Assembly (NCBI GenBank): GCA_030264375.1
Contig: JASCQW010000139.1
Coordinates: 22,369,971 to 22,433,970 of the forward strand
Direction of reading: 5' to 3'
DNA: 64,000 nt
Source of the DNA: Carcharhinus longimanus
Taxonomy: Eukaryota
Positions 22,600-36,264 of this stretch are shown one piece after another. The position numbers were made by a program, and so were the translations under genes. Numbering within the stretch: the stretch's first letter is position 1; the number at the start of each line of letters is the position of its first letter. A model generated the notes under the pieces. That model worked only from the letters and a program-made list of their open reading frames with translations, ran no database searches and was not told where the DNA came from.

Positions 22600-25500
22600 A
22601 CTCCGAAACACAGCACCTACGATTTTGTGGGTGCAGGAATGGAACAGGATTTGCACACACGCATTTTGAGGAGGCAGCTGCCCACATAAAACAAAAGCTC
22701 CTGCCAGTCATGTCTGATTTTCATTAGCCAGGAGGTGAGAAACAGAAAGTGTTTTAGGCTAGAGCTAGCCCAAACTCTGCAGTGTCTTTGGGAGAGGTGG
22801 AGTGCCCCTCTGGATGTGATCCCAGGACCCTTTTGGAGAGATCAGATTCACTTTGGGAGAGGTAACGTGTCCTTTGGAATTTTTCAAAGTGACATGACTC
22901 TGCGTAAAACATAAATATGTACATGAACTTACTTGAACTGTCCACTTGTCAAGAGGAACATTAAAGCTGTCAAAAGTATTAAAGCAACTGTCAAGAGCAA
23001 CTATCAAAAGTGTCAGAAGCAAATATTGCGAGGAACTGTCAATGCATGTAAAACTCTGGACTTTAAATCTTTGAAGAAACTGTCTGGGATTTTAAAAAAA
23101 TTGCTTGCTATTTCACTCTGTCTCTGGTAAAAGACTGAGTGTCATCATTACTGGAATTGTTCGTCATGACTGATTTCACAACCTTCCATTATCACAGTAG
23201 GGTGTATTCCTTTGTATAGTTTGTTGAGAGATCCAAGTGGTAAGAGACTTTTTGAAGTGGGACTATGCTTGTTTTTATGTTGCATTAAGCACTCGAATGA
23301 AATGTTTGTTCTTATAAGGGATTATTTAGTTGAAGGAATGCAAATGTAGTGAATGGGTTTTTATTCATGTGAGTGCTTTCAAAAAAGTAAAGTTTGCAAT
23401 ACAGACTTGAACCTGACCTTCATGCCTGTTGGGTTCACCGGGTCAGCGGGCCCGAAAGCAAATGTAGAATCCACTTCCTGACAAAATTGCCATTTTCAAG
23501 CCAAGATCACGCTGGTTGGCTAATAAAGATCCACACAGCCTGAGACATTTCTTTATACTGGTCAGAAGGGCAGTGCAGGGGTGGAACTTGTCAGACACTG
23601 GGTCCAATGGTGACCTGGTGGAGGATTCAAAAATGGCAAAGGTTGCTCCCTGAAGGCTGCCAGGGGACATAGGGGGAGTGGTCAAGCTCCAGGAAGAAAG
23701 ATTTGTGCAGAAAAGCAATGGCATCCCCGCCTGCTGAGCTCGCCACATGAGTGGGCTAGTTCAGTGTTCACTTGCCAATACCCCCTCTGTGCCATATCCC
23801 CCTCCAATTCTCAGGTGAGTACCTAAGAAAACTTATGGATGAGGTCGGTGCTTCAGTGCCAGTTGGGATATTGTGATGACCAAGGATAACAAGAGGAGAT
23901 CACTACACCTCACTAAGTAGGCATGGGCAGAGGCAGCAGCCCAGGTCAATGGCCATGATGTTGTGTGGCACCCATGGGTGTAGAGTGTAAAAGGTTCAAT
24001 GACCTGTTGCACCCAGCAAGGTGAGTACTGAGTTGGCATCGATCTGTTTGGAGCTGGCATTCGCCCTCCACCCGCTCCCCCCCCGCCCCCCGTCCCCATC
24101 CATTGGTGCTCAGGGGCCTAAGAGTCTGAGTGCTAACAGTCACTGATATCAGTGCCAGCCAAGGCAATGAGCTCTGTCCGCTTGGCCTGATTGCTCTGTG
24201 GGTTGAGGGTTATGACTCTGTCGTGCCCTGCAAAGAGTTCCTCAGGTGAGGTTGGCCAGGCTGCAGTGATGCTGTAGGTAGAGGGTGGAGTCCTCAATGT
24301 TGCTTTCCCCTTTCAGGGGAAGAGAAGCTATCGAGAATGGGCGGTGGCCCCTCAAACCTGATGATTCTGATGAGGTACCAGATGGATGCCCTGAGTGTTG
24401 ACACCCAGCTCAGTCCAGCGGTTGTGGAGAGGCAGGGGTCTCTGACTATGGTAAAAGTGCAGAGCACAGCACAGGAAAGTCAGGGTGGGCACATTGTTGT
24501 GTTGTCTCTTCTGAAATGGCAACCTCAAACCTGGAGTCACCATTCTTCCCATGAAAGATGATGGCACCATGATGCAGATCTCCATTATCTCTCCAGTCCG
24601 CCTAGCATGCACAGTGACAGTCTGATGACTGATACTTCAGCCATATTGCTTTTCTTCCCTAGAATCACCTTCCAGCAGATGATTTCAGGACCCCAAGGAG
24701 CCGCCATCATCTCTGGAGGATTGTCAGCTGTCAGATGCATTTACGTCACACCCCTCTCTCTGCACCAGTGCAGATACAAGCACCTTGGTGGACATTTCAT
24801 CTTTGGCTACAATGTCAGGGGGTAGAGCATGGCACGTTCGCATGAGGAGCTTGTGGAAACAGAGTGCCCAGGGTGAAGGCGGTTGGAGGACTGCTGAAGA
24901 GCAGGACTATGCTGGGTCTGAGACAGATGATAAGTCTCCAGAGTGTCAATTAGGCAGCGATGCTCAATGTCCAGCGGAATGCATAGGAGGATCTGACAAA
25001 GATTCTTGAGGGTTTGCGAGCCATGGGGGACTTGAGATGGGGCATGAGCACTGTGTTGACCCGAACACTAAGTGTACTCCACTAGAGAATGGTGAATCCC
25101 ACAGAGATCCAGTTCCTGGAACAGAATCTGGGGTCTTTGAACTAATGCGTGGATTGGTAAACCCTCAAACAGGAACTGACCTCAGGAGATCACTGCCAGT
25201 CTGAGAGAAGGATGAGGCACTAGTAGCTCTGTAAGGTGCCTGGCCATCAATGGCGAGCAGTTAGATCCAGACCAACCTTGTGCCATCTCTCCTCCTCGGA
25301 GCGCTCTGGACAGCAGCCGTAACTCCTCTGGCCCTCTGCCAGTGACTGTGCCATCTGATGAGACTGCGATTTAAATGCAGCACTCACAAACATAAGTTCA
25401 AATCGCTGAGAGGGCATGAAGGACTTTTCACGGGCGATATTCCATTCTGCTATTATTTGTTAAACTGTTTACTGGTGTTAACACCTAATAAATTTATGTA

Positions 25501-27420
25501 CGTTGTCTGTAAGTGCCAAGAACAAATATATATTGCCTTTGTGTTAATGGCCTGAGGATGCTTGACTTATAGGAGTAGGACACACCAATGCTTCACACCG
25601 GATATGAGGAGCTGTAAATTTTATTGCACTGATATTGAGTAGCTTTTGGGTGCAATGGAATGGCTCATTATAAACATCTGGTAAGGAAGCAGCACCCCGG
25701 CACAAAGTGAAAGCATTGCCCTTTCAGCCTTGTTGAAGATCATTGAATCAAGAGCCCCTTGGTCACCCTGCCACCATGAGGATTCCAGTCATGTCTTCCT
25801 CCATATCTTCACCATGTTCTTCCCTGGGATCCGCTTCTGACCCAATGCTGAAATTATCATCTCTGGCCTTTGGAGTTGCCCCAGCATCCTCAACCTCCAG
25901 TGCGTACCATTTAATATTTTAATGACCTTACTTTCTTATGTAATTGTGTTGCTGACTCCCATGCATGCCCACTGATTAATATGGCTCCAGTGTGAAGTGA
26001 CACCAGGATACAAGATTTCATATGAGGTTAGGTCAGGTGCATCTGACTGCATTTACAGTTAGAATTCTGGCCTTCCAGTTTTCTTATTTAATTTTAGAAG
26101 ACTACTGATGCACCCACTGTGCATACTGGGTGAGTTGACATGGTAGGTGTAAGGGTCAAGGATGATGGGTGGGGAAACATGAGTTGACATGGAGGGTGTG
26201 AGTGGTTATAGGTTGATATAGAGGATGTGAGAGGTGTGACATTAGTGTACATTTAAGAAATGTTTTGTTTTAAATCATGTTCTCTGCAATCGTAAGCAGG
26301 CATTTTTGGTTTCAGTGTTGCTAGAAGTCTNNNNNNNNNNGTGGAGTTTTGTTTATTTTTACTATGGGCTTCAGGTACTTTCTGGGATTAGTTTTATAAT
26401 CAATTTTTAGGAGGAAGGCTGGTTGATAGGTCACGTTTTGGACAGTTTTGTTTCCTCATAGTGAATTCAAGGTTTCACTTTTAATTCAGCTGGCAGTTTA
26501 GAAGGGAGTGGACATCAGACTGAAAGCAGTGTTATCCTCTCTTTCTCTCTCTTTTTCTCCCTGATATTAGAAGTTCTGCTGGTTAGCTGAAAGCAGGTCT
26601 TCTTACCTTCCTGCAGTAGGAAATCTGTTAGTGGTTAGCCGGCCTAGATTCTCTCTCAGCTCCCAGCTGGAAAACTTCTCTGATTTCAAACTTTTCTGGG
26701 TGTATCCAGAGGGCTGCTAGATGTTACAAGGCCGAGAAATCAGGATTTCTGTTCTTCACCCCAACGATTGAAGCTGGTCTGACTCCAAAATTGTCTGTGT
26801 GCGCCTCAAGAGAATTGTAGCATTCAACCAGAGGGCTAAATTCCATATCACCTGAGCATTAGTCTTTGCTGTGTTAAACCTGTGGAAAAGGTTTGGTTTG
26901 TGGGATTGGTTTCGTTGGAACAGTGTTTAACAATTAAGGTTGATACTATATCATGATTACTTTTTCTCTTGTTTGTAATTGGTTAAAGGTATTGCTAATT
27001 TTCTTTCTGTACATGTTAATTGCATTCTCAAATGAACTTTCTTTGATAAAAAGCTCCCTAGTGGGTCACTTGAATCATTCCCAAAGTGAAATACCTCATT
27101 TTCACCCTAGCCAAATTCAAAGTGCAAAACTTACGATCCAGGCAGACTTCATAAAAGACATGGAGTTCCTGACTTGAATTCTAACAGAGGCCATGACATG
27201 GCATAGATTGACATGAATGGAACATGAGGCTGGTGTGGCGGTGAGAGGCATGTGAGGGTGAGGACTAAAGGGTTGTTTTATATTTTAATGCTTTTTCAAA
27301 ATCTTTGTAAAAGTGCCTCTGCACCCAACAGCCTTTGCATTTGTTCTGTGGGGGGGGGGGGGGGTCCAACCTACCCAACCATTTAATCCCACTGTTTCAG
27401 AATAAAAATCCCAACTTCTA
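22600..27420 (+). mobile_element. Decayed PIF/Harbinger-like DNA transposon (Myb/SANT exon relic at 23882-24020); boundaries approximate
   Basis: 23882-24020 translates KDNKRRSLHLTK*AWAEAAAQVNGHDVVWHPWV*/KRFNDLLHPAR|GTGAGT, matching the trihelix Myb/SANT pattern W.EVA..VN...W.QC.KRFNDL. Confidence 0.55.
26235..27186 (+). mobile_element. Solo LTR with 4-bp TSD (GAGG)
   Basis: TGTGAC...TAACA termini, GAGG at 26231-26234 and 27187-27190. The 3' part is homologous to 46910-47726. Confidence 0.8.
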
Positions 27421-27429
27421 AACAAATCT

Positions 27430-27812
27430 TTGTTGGGATATGGGTATCAGTGGAAAGGCCAGTATTTGTCACCCATCCTTAATTGCCCTTAAAGGATTTG
27501 CTGGACCATTCAGAAGGCTGTTAAGTTTCAGTCACATTGGTGTGGATCTGGAGTCACATGCAGGCCAGACCAGGTAAGGACGGCAGACTTTTTTTCCCAA
27601 AAGCACTTTAGTGAACCAGATGGGTTTTTACCACAATCGATTATAGCTTCATGCTCACCATTACTGAGAGTGACTTTCAATTCCAGATTTTTATCAATTG
27701 AAATTAAATTCCAGCAGCTACCATGGTGGCATTTGAACCCATGCCCCAATATTATAAACCAATGTATGTGGATTTCTTATCCAGTGACATTACCTCTATC
27801 CCACTGTCTTCC
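27430..27812 (-). mobile_element. SacSINE1-like SINE
   Basis: ggagtcacatgcaggccagaccaggtaaggacggcaga...gtgaaccagatgggttttt. Confidence 0.7.
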
Positions 27813-30689
27813 CTCCCTTCCAGGATGCTTTCTCTTGGGCCGGATTTGTGGACCTGGGAAATATCTAGATTCTGTACTCCCAACCTAAAAACAACAAATC
27901 AAGGCTTACAGTGCAGTACAAGGGAGTGCTGCATTGTCACAAGTAGCATTGTGCATTTTGTCCACTTTAGACAGCTATGCACACATATACCAGCAGAGGG
28001 AGTCTGGTAGGAGGAGCAACAAACCGAGTCCATGTTTAACAACACATGCATTCAATGGCATGTGGCTGAATCTTACATTTTCTTCCTAAGAACTTTGCTT
28101 TTAGGTGAAGACAAGAAATCAAATGGCATTATTTGAAAGAATTACTCAACTAAATTTGAATCCACCTTATTTGAGTGATTTTTGATTTGAAAGAGCTGAA
28201 TCCTTTCTTAAGTTTGTCTAAATTGCACTTAAGCCAATAACAAAATAATGCTGTTCATCTTTAGGGGTCATTTTGCCATTCATTGATTCATTCTATGCTG
28301 TAGATATCTATTAGCAATAATGTGGTAATTTCTTGGTGCAACATCTCAAAGAATTTTCTCAAGGATAGTTTGCATATCATCATGTTCTAAATAAATCCAT
28401 GATATTGAACTGTTAATTCCTACTTTAAGGGAGTTCCTTTGGCATGTGTCACAGAATACACCTTTTGCAGAAATAGAGAGCCCTGTATTGGGGGTTATTG
28501 ACTAATGTTCACTCCTTCCTGCACAACAAAACTATGAGAAACTTACGTGGGCATTTACACTTACTCAGTACGTCAAGTTTATTGAAATAAAATGTTAAGA
28601 TGGGATAATACTCATCTTTTAATTTGATTAAATTGGGCATCAGTTCTTCCTCCTTTCTCATTATCAGTCTTCAGCATTGCACTGAAATTACTCAGCAAAC
28701 TTTTGTTGGTGTGAATTATCTGTGACTTTAATGATCAGTTGATATTTCAATTCTTCATGGCATGTTCTTGGTCTTGAGTGACGAGTTGAATTGGACAATA
28801 AAGAGAGATGCTTTTTTTTGGTGTGAGATGGGAACAAATTAAGGTGGGCTTGCTTGTTTTTTTTATACTCACATTAGCTGACATCAATACATTTGTGAAA
28901 GGAATGTTGCCTGGTTTAGGGAACTGTATTCCACAGTGGCCAATTATGAGCTTTTTTGAGAAAGTGGTTGGTAATTCATCCCCTAGAGGCTAATGATCAA
29001 ATATCTTTAGCGCTGGATGTAAAAAGCTAAGTCAATGTGTGTGGAGGTGCTTCTTCTGCATATAGATAGGCTTCAAAGCGAAGTTGTCTCGGTAACTTGT
29101 ACTGAAGTTGAAACCTTTCACCAACTACCTATTGTGTAGCTAATCAGAATTGACATCATGATGGCACATTGCACTAGACTAGAAGGAAATTCTGAAATCT
29201 CTAGTGCGAATCAAAATGGGTATATACTTGCTATATTTTTAGCGGCTTCACGATTTTGATTTTCCTTCATTAGTATGACTTTCTAGCTGCCTCTGGCATT
29301 GATGTGCAAAAGACAGTAAGGAAACCACATGCTGTGTCCTTCTCTGGACAGTTCTCCGAAAACCTGATGGAATACACAAAGTAGTCAAGATCTTGGTGAA
29401 ATTGAATTGGAAGCAGCGAAATGTTAATAAACCTAAGACCCGAATCATTGCGTGTAGCTTTACTCATCTGGGATAACTATATCTGGGATAACTGCATTAG
29501 GCCTCTCTTCATTAAATGTCTCTAGCACTGAAAACAGTCATCAGTTTAGACAAAGGTGAAAGACATTGGTGTCTGATCTACTCCGGCTCTGTAAATGGAC
29601 AATCTTTCCAACAGTGTCCTCAGTAACTGATGTCAACCTTGGTTAAAATCAAAACACTTACTCAGCTGCATATTTGATCTTGGGCTGCACAAAAAGCTTG
29701 CTACTCACAATGGAATGTTTTGTTTTGGAAGTACAAAATTCAGAGTAGATCAGAAAAAGAGAAATAGTTAAATAGTCACCTCCTTAAGGTTTTAGACAAC
29801 AGCTACTGTTGTCGTTTTTAGAATGACAATTTTGGAAAGAGTTGAAGTTTTGTGTGACGCTTGCCTAATACCTNNNNNNNNNNNNNNNNNNNNNNNNNNN
29901 NNNNNNNNNNNNNNNNNNNNNNNNNNNNNNNNNNNNNNNNNNNNNNNNNNNNNNNNNNNNNNNNNNNNNNNNNTTCTGAACAAGGATCTTGAAATGATAT
30001 GTGTCACCTACACTGTAACTGTGTTTGCTGACTCCTCGATATGATGCATTTCATTTGACTACGTTACTTCAGTACAGATGTAAGATGGGCAAATTAACTT
30101 AAGAATTTTGGAAGACCATCAAAGCGGTCCTCAGATGCCTTGCAATTTGACAAAACAATGTGAACTATTTAAAATGAATCAACTATGCAGGTCATTGAAA
30201 TTGCTCTGTCTTTTGTATGCCATGGCAACTCTTCATATTTTTAAATATTAATTTGCATTATATTACGTAGTACCTAATAGAGAATTAAGTAATTTTGCCC
30301 AATCAGACCATGCTGGCATTTATGATTTACATGAAACTCCTACAACCATACGTAATCTCACTCCATCAATATTATCTTCTATTCCTTCCTCTCTCATGTA
30401 GATAGATAGCTTCTTCTTAAGTGCACCTATGCTACTTACCTCAACTACTTCAAGTACCTACAGTATCATGTTCCATGCTCTGGTTGCTCTGAGAAAGCAA
30501 CCTTCTCCTAAATTCCTAACTGGATTTATTAGTGACTCCATTATATTTTGTAGCCCCGAGTTATGAATTCCCACAGGGGTCCTGGGCTACCATTGGGAGT
30601 GATAAAGCATCCTTTCGGAGAGTTAAAACATTCTTTTGGGACTGTTAAAAGTGAACATGATGTTGCACTTTTTAAGCACAAGCCCTTTG

Positions 30690-31065
30690 GAACTGTCAAA
30701 CTGTAAAAACTCTCTGGTTGTCAAGTGGTTTCCAGAAACTATCCTCCTGTCAAAGAAATATCCAGCCATCAAAGAGCTGTCCAACTATCAACAAAATGTC
30801 CAGCTGTCAAGAAAATGTTCAGGAGCTTCCCAGCTGTCAAAGAGCTTTCAAGGAAATGTCCAGCGGTCAAGAAAATGTGAAGGAGCTATCCAACTGTAAA
30901 AGAAGTGTTAAGGAATTGTCCAGCTGTCAAGGAAATGTCCAGACGTCAACGCACTGCCCGGCTATCAAGGAGTTTTCAAGGAAATGCCCAGCTGTCAAGG
31001 AAATATCAGGGAGCTGAACTACTGTTTAAGCTATCCAGAAAGTGTCAAAGCTGTTCACAAACTGC
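30690..31065 (+). repeat. Degenerate minisatellite-like array of CAGCTGTCAAGGAAATGTC-type units
   Basis: Many ctgtcaa/ctatcaa/gtgtcaa words spaced at multiples of about 10 bp. Confidence 0.75.
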
Positions 31066-34021
31066 CCTGGGATACCAGGTGAGTTGGCATGGAGGCTAAG
31101 AGCAAAGGACAATGGGGGTACATGGGTTGGCATGAATTGACACTGAGATGTCATAAGGTTAATGGGGTGGGTATGAATTTGCACAGTTGACATAGGGATA
31201 TGAGGGGCCATGGAGATGGGCAGTGGAACATTAATTTGACACAAGGGTTTGGGGGCTGTGGGGGTGCATGGGAAATTTTAATTAGCATTGTTGGTATGGA
31301 TGAGACGTAGGTAGTCTGTGTGTGTGTGTGTGTTAGGGTGAGCCAGGAGGGCTGGAGGGTTTTTTTTGTTTTATGTTTCATTTATTTAAATACAGCATTG
31401 TGACACAGTAGCCAGCCTTGTGCCCAGCCAGTCTTTGCATCTGACAGCCTGCAGATTTGTTCTGGGTCTCCTGTCCTCACTCTTGTTTCAGCCCATTCCC
31501 CCACATCCCACACCAATCAGAACTCCCACCTGCAGGCAGCTATTTTAAAAGGTTGGGTTTAGTGAACACAACCCGGGGGTGGAAATCTGGCCATATTCTC
31601 GATAACCCAATTGAACACGTATATAGTTTAATGTTCTTTCTCGGTTCCTTCATACTTTTTATTCCCAATTAAGTCTCAACCTTGTTCCTGAGCACCTCAA
31701 TGCTTTGAGCTTGTGACCTGCAGAGAATACAGCATTTTACATTCCTACCATGCTTTGATGAATTTCTGAAATTACTGTGTGTGTCGGGGGGGGGGAGGGG
31801 TAACTTTCTTCATTGGGTTGGCACCGGGATGTATGTCACCCCCCCAGCGCTCCCCCCGCCCCGGCTGGCCCTCTCGATGACATCAACAGGAGGCCCAAAC
31901 AATTTTGGTGGATGGGCTTGTTTAAAAGAATGGCAAGGTGTCTGCACTTAAAGATTACACTGGAGTGAGGCGACTTCTTGCAAGCTGTGTCCAGCATATC
32001 TTCTAATTCTACCTCTTACTCTAGTTCTGTGCTTCTAAAACTTTATTCTAACTCTTATAAACTCTCTAACAAGGCTTTAATGCAATTTCTTACAGATTTG
32101 GCAATCCTTAGGATCCTGGCTACACCCTAACTGTAACACTATATTCTGCACTCTCCTGTTTCCTTCTCTATGAACAGTATGCTTTGTCTATATAGCACGC
32201 AAGAAGCAATATTTTTCACTGTATACGTATAGATGTGACAATAAATCAAATTAATCCCATCACTTGCTGTTTGGGAAAGCAGGAAATCTGAAGGGTCCGT
32301 TGCTCACTAATGTGGGCTTGCAACCTCTCAAAAGGGTGGGCTCTGGAAAGCACCCTGTTGTCCACAATGTCAATGGCTGGTAGCGTCATTCCTTGGACCT
32401 GGTTCTCATGCATTGTCAACGTATGATTTCTTTTCCAATGTCTCTAACTCTGTATTCAGTCTTGCAACATCACACCCGTCCCTAGCCGGACCGATCCTTC
32501 CCTGTTGAACAAACCCCCCTTCCAAATGCACTTTCTCTGTACAACCCCCTCTGCTTATATTCACACACTCAGCACCTGCCACTGCCTCAACATTGGCACA
32601 GGAACAACCTGTTTTTGTTTTGTTTGGACTTGGAATTATTCCCACATTTTTGTTAAGTTCTTTGATACTTCACACCGCATAAATTTCTTTCATCTACAGA
32701 CTTTGCATTCTTACTGTTTCTTCCTCTCAGCATGCATGTTATGTTCAGCTCCCTCACATCCCTTTTGCACGTCATGCACTAACCCGGTCCGTTTTCCTGG
32801 TGATACAAACTTGCACTCAATTTGAGGATGATTCAGGACTGGGTGAGGTGCAACATCATAGTGAGAACACTTTCATCTGCATCATTGGCAGAGAGAGGGC
32901 TCAAATACACAGAAGACACACAGCATTTTCGCTTTAACTAAACTCACCACACACACACAGCATTGCATCTTTGGACTGCAGCGTGCGACTGCTCATCTGC
33001 TACTGATTACCCTGGCCATTAAGGGTGGGATTTTCCAGAAGTGCTTGCCCCAAGGCCAAAAAATTCTGCCCGAGATCAATGGACATTTGCACTGTGCGTG
33101 TCCCACCTGATTTCCATGGTGAGCAGACAGGAAAATTCCACCCTATGTTTGAAGAATTCTCCCCATGCTCTGTTTCTATCTGCAGATCAATATTCCTGGC
33201 CTCTGGATTGTTATTGCAGCAATGTAACCTGTATGATATTGTAAACAACTGGCTCTCCAAGTGCTGTGGATTGTATGTTGGAGGGATCTACACAGGAATT
33301 TGTGGCACCAATTATAGTACCATGATGGTGCGATGTAGATTCTTTGCTCCATCATTAACTCTGCATTAGACATGCTAGCAGGTTATAGGATAGGATCTTC
33401 AGTCCCATTATGGATCTCCTATAGTATAACTTCCCACAGATTGAAAGGAGATTTGATCCATTGCTCCATAATTGAGGCAATCGTGCAATGGGCGTGGGGC
33501 ATGTTTTGTTCTCTCGAGATTTCCATAAATTCAACACCTCCTCAAACAATGCTTTTTTCAGTGCCAGCAGGGGCAGACTGTTCCAAAAGCATCTGAAATG
33601 CTGGCCATGAACAGATCGGCAGAACTCATCTAAGTCAAGCCAGGCTTCCATCTCCCATGCCGAAACTATTGAGGGAGCATCTCATGGGAATAATAGGGTA
33701 GACACTTATAATATAGGAGGCCGCTTAAGAAATCATGATGGGATGAGTCCTGGCTGATAATCAGTTTGTCAATATATGAAATCTTTGTAAGTCAAATGTT
33801 TCTGTTGTAGTTGGTGATTTGCAGTGCCTATTGATAATTATATCAATGTTGACTTCGGGTTGAAAAGATTTTCTTTAGGATGGAAGGACTGGGACAGATG
33901 TTGAATATTGCTTCTGTTATGAGGCAGGAACCAGGCTTGTTCCCATGAAGAGATTTTAAATGATGCCGTGCTGGAGGGATCTGGCTGCAAGCAAGCATTT
34001 GATCCTGTAATGATCTGGTGT

Positions 34022-34312
34022 GGGCGGCACGGTAGCACAGTGGTTAGAACTGCTGCCTCACAGCATCAGGGACCCGGGTTCGATTCCTGGCTTGGGTCAC
34101 TGTCTGTGTGGAGGTTGCACATTCTCTCTGTCTGCGTGGGTTTCCTCCAGTGCTCTGGTTTCCTCCCATACTCCAAAGATGTATGGGTTAGGTTGGTTGG
34201 CTAATCAGGGGGATTAGCAGCGTAATGGGGATGGGATAGATGGGACGGTGGTCAGTGCAGACTCGATGGGCTGAATGGCCTCTTTCTGCACTGTAGGATT
34301 ATATGATTCTAT
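34022..34312 (+). mobile_element. HE1-like SINE, tail A
   Basis: gggcggcacggtagcacagtggttag...gaatggcctctttctgcactgtaggatt. Confidence 0.85.
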
Positions 34313-35360
34313 TAATGATTACAAACTTTTTCAGGAGCACAAAGGATATTTATTAGTAAGAAAAAGCTGTGTAGATCCTGGCAGCCTCCTGGCTATCCTG
34401 GAGCAGCCCATTGGCTGCCCCAGTCTCTATATATCTCAGACTGTCTTCTGCCTAAGGTAGGACTCCACTCTCTGGGGTGATTACCCACTCAGTTACAATT
34501 GATCCCTGATGCCAGGTGACCCTCTTTTGCTGTGTTGCCCTCAAATTTCCTCCCTGCTTCTTTGAGTTTGTCAATGTCATTCGGATGACAGCCTTCATCT
34601 CATGGCAACTCCATATGTTATTTCTAATGCCGAGCCCATTCATGTATTATTGAAAGCTCCCCAATAAATTCATTTCGCAAATGAAAATGATAGACTTGCA
34701 TTTACACAGCGCTTCCCAAAGTCCATTACACTCAGTGGAGTATTTTTTTGTCAGGTTGGAAACACGCCAGGCAATTTGCACGTAGCCCATAATACACAAA
34801 GCAATCAGAATTCTTCTTTTTGTTTGTTTTCCTTTTTCCACAATAAATTATTAACTAAATTGTTTTGCCCTAGGCCAAGTCTACAATAGAAGGTCACGTA
34901 AGTGTGAGAGCTCTGCTTGTAATCTGTTGAGAAAAATTGTACCAGTATATTTGGCTGCCTTGGGGGTGCAAATAAAGAACAATGTGACTCCTGCATCTCT
35001 TTGTTTTTTTGCAACCTAAGTGAAATAAGAGCTTTAGGGCACCTAATGATTGTTATTGAAAATGAACACTTCTTGTTTGCTTTAGTGTTATTTTGTTTCA
35101 CTAACATGGGTGACAAGGAAATGACTTACTCAGTGACCTGAGTTTCTTTACAAAATCTAGCACAGCTTTTCAGGGATTCGTATCCCACAAACTAATTATG
35201 ATTCATTAGCATTGTATCCCCTTGGCTGTTTATTTATCGATCGCTTGGCTCTTAAGTAGCAAGCTTGGAAGAAAAAATATATCTGATATATTTTGAGGTA
35301 AAAAAAAATTCCAAGGGATATTGAGAAAAATCTTTGGCCCTTACTTTGTTAGCCTTTATA

Positions 35361-35710
35361 GGGGAGGCAATGGCCTAATGGTATTATCGCTAGACTATTA
35401 ATGCAGAAACTCAACAAATATTCTGGAGACCCGGAATTGAATCCCACCATTGCAGACGGTGGAATTTGAATTCAATAAAAAATATCTGGAATTAACAATC
35501 TACTGATGATCGTGAAACCACAGTCAATTGTTGGGAAAAACCCATCTGGTTCATTCATGTCCTTTAGGGAAGGAAATCTGCCGTCCTTACCTGGTTTGGC
35601 CTAGATATGACTCTCGAGTCACAGCAATGTGGTTGACTCTCAATGTCTTCGGGCAACTAGGCATGGGCAACAAATGCTGACCAGCCAGCAACACCCATGT
35701 CCCACGAGTT
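35361..35710 (+). mobile_element. SacSINE1-like SINE followed by an (AGAACAT)n CR1-type tail of an opposite-strand element
   Basis: Full head, core and tail, then agaacat x4 at 35711-35738. Confidence 0.75.
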
Positions 35711-36264
35711 AGAACATAGAACATAGAACATAGAACATTACAGCGCAGAACAGGCCCTTCGGCCCACGATGTTGNNNNNNNNNNNNNNNNNNNNNNNNNN
35801 NNNNNNNNNNNNNNNNNNNNNNNNNNNNNNNNNNNNNNNNNNNNNNNNNNNNNNNNNNNNNNNNNNNNNNNNNNTCCTAAATTCAATCCCCCTACCAATG
35901 AACGCCAAGACACCGTACGCCTTCTTAACAACCTTATCTACTTGATTCCCAGTTAATAAAGCAAAACCATAGACATAGAAAATAGAAGCAGAAGTAGGCC
36001 ATTTGGCCCTTCAAGCCTGTTCTGCCATTTGATCATGGCTGATCATCAAATTCAATATCCTGATCCCACCTTCCCTCCCCATCTCCCTTGATCCCTATCC
36101 CTCATCAGTCCAGCTGTGCCACAATAGGTGACCTTTTACTCCTTGTGTACCAGCTTCCAAACCTTCTCTTTTTCAAACTAATATCATTATAATCTGCAGT
36201 TGTTTCAGATTGTAAGGGGCAATGGAATGTTAAAGAAGGAAAGTTTGGTAAAAAATACACAGAG

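Noticed and set aside
30636-31099. Repetitive ORFs (LSSCQENVKE..., CPAVKE...) resembling a repeat protein, or a CRISPR-like array
   Set aside because: By-product of a DNA minisatellite that is open in several frames. There are no unique spacers and the context is eukaryotic.
34022-34095. tRNA-like sequences with A/B boxes (many copies)
   Set aside because: They are SINE heads continuing into SINE cores, not tRNA genes.
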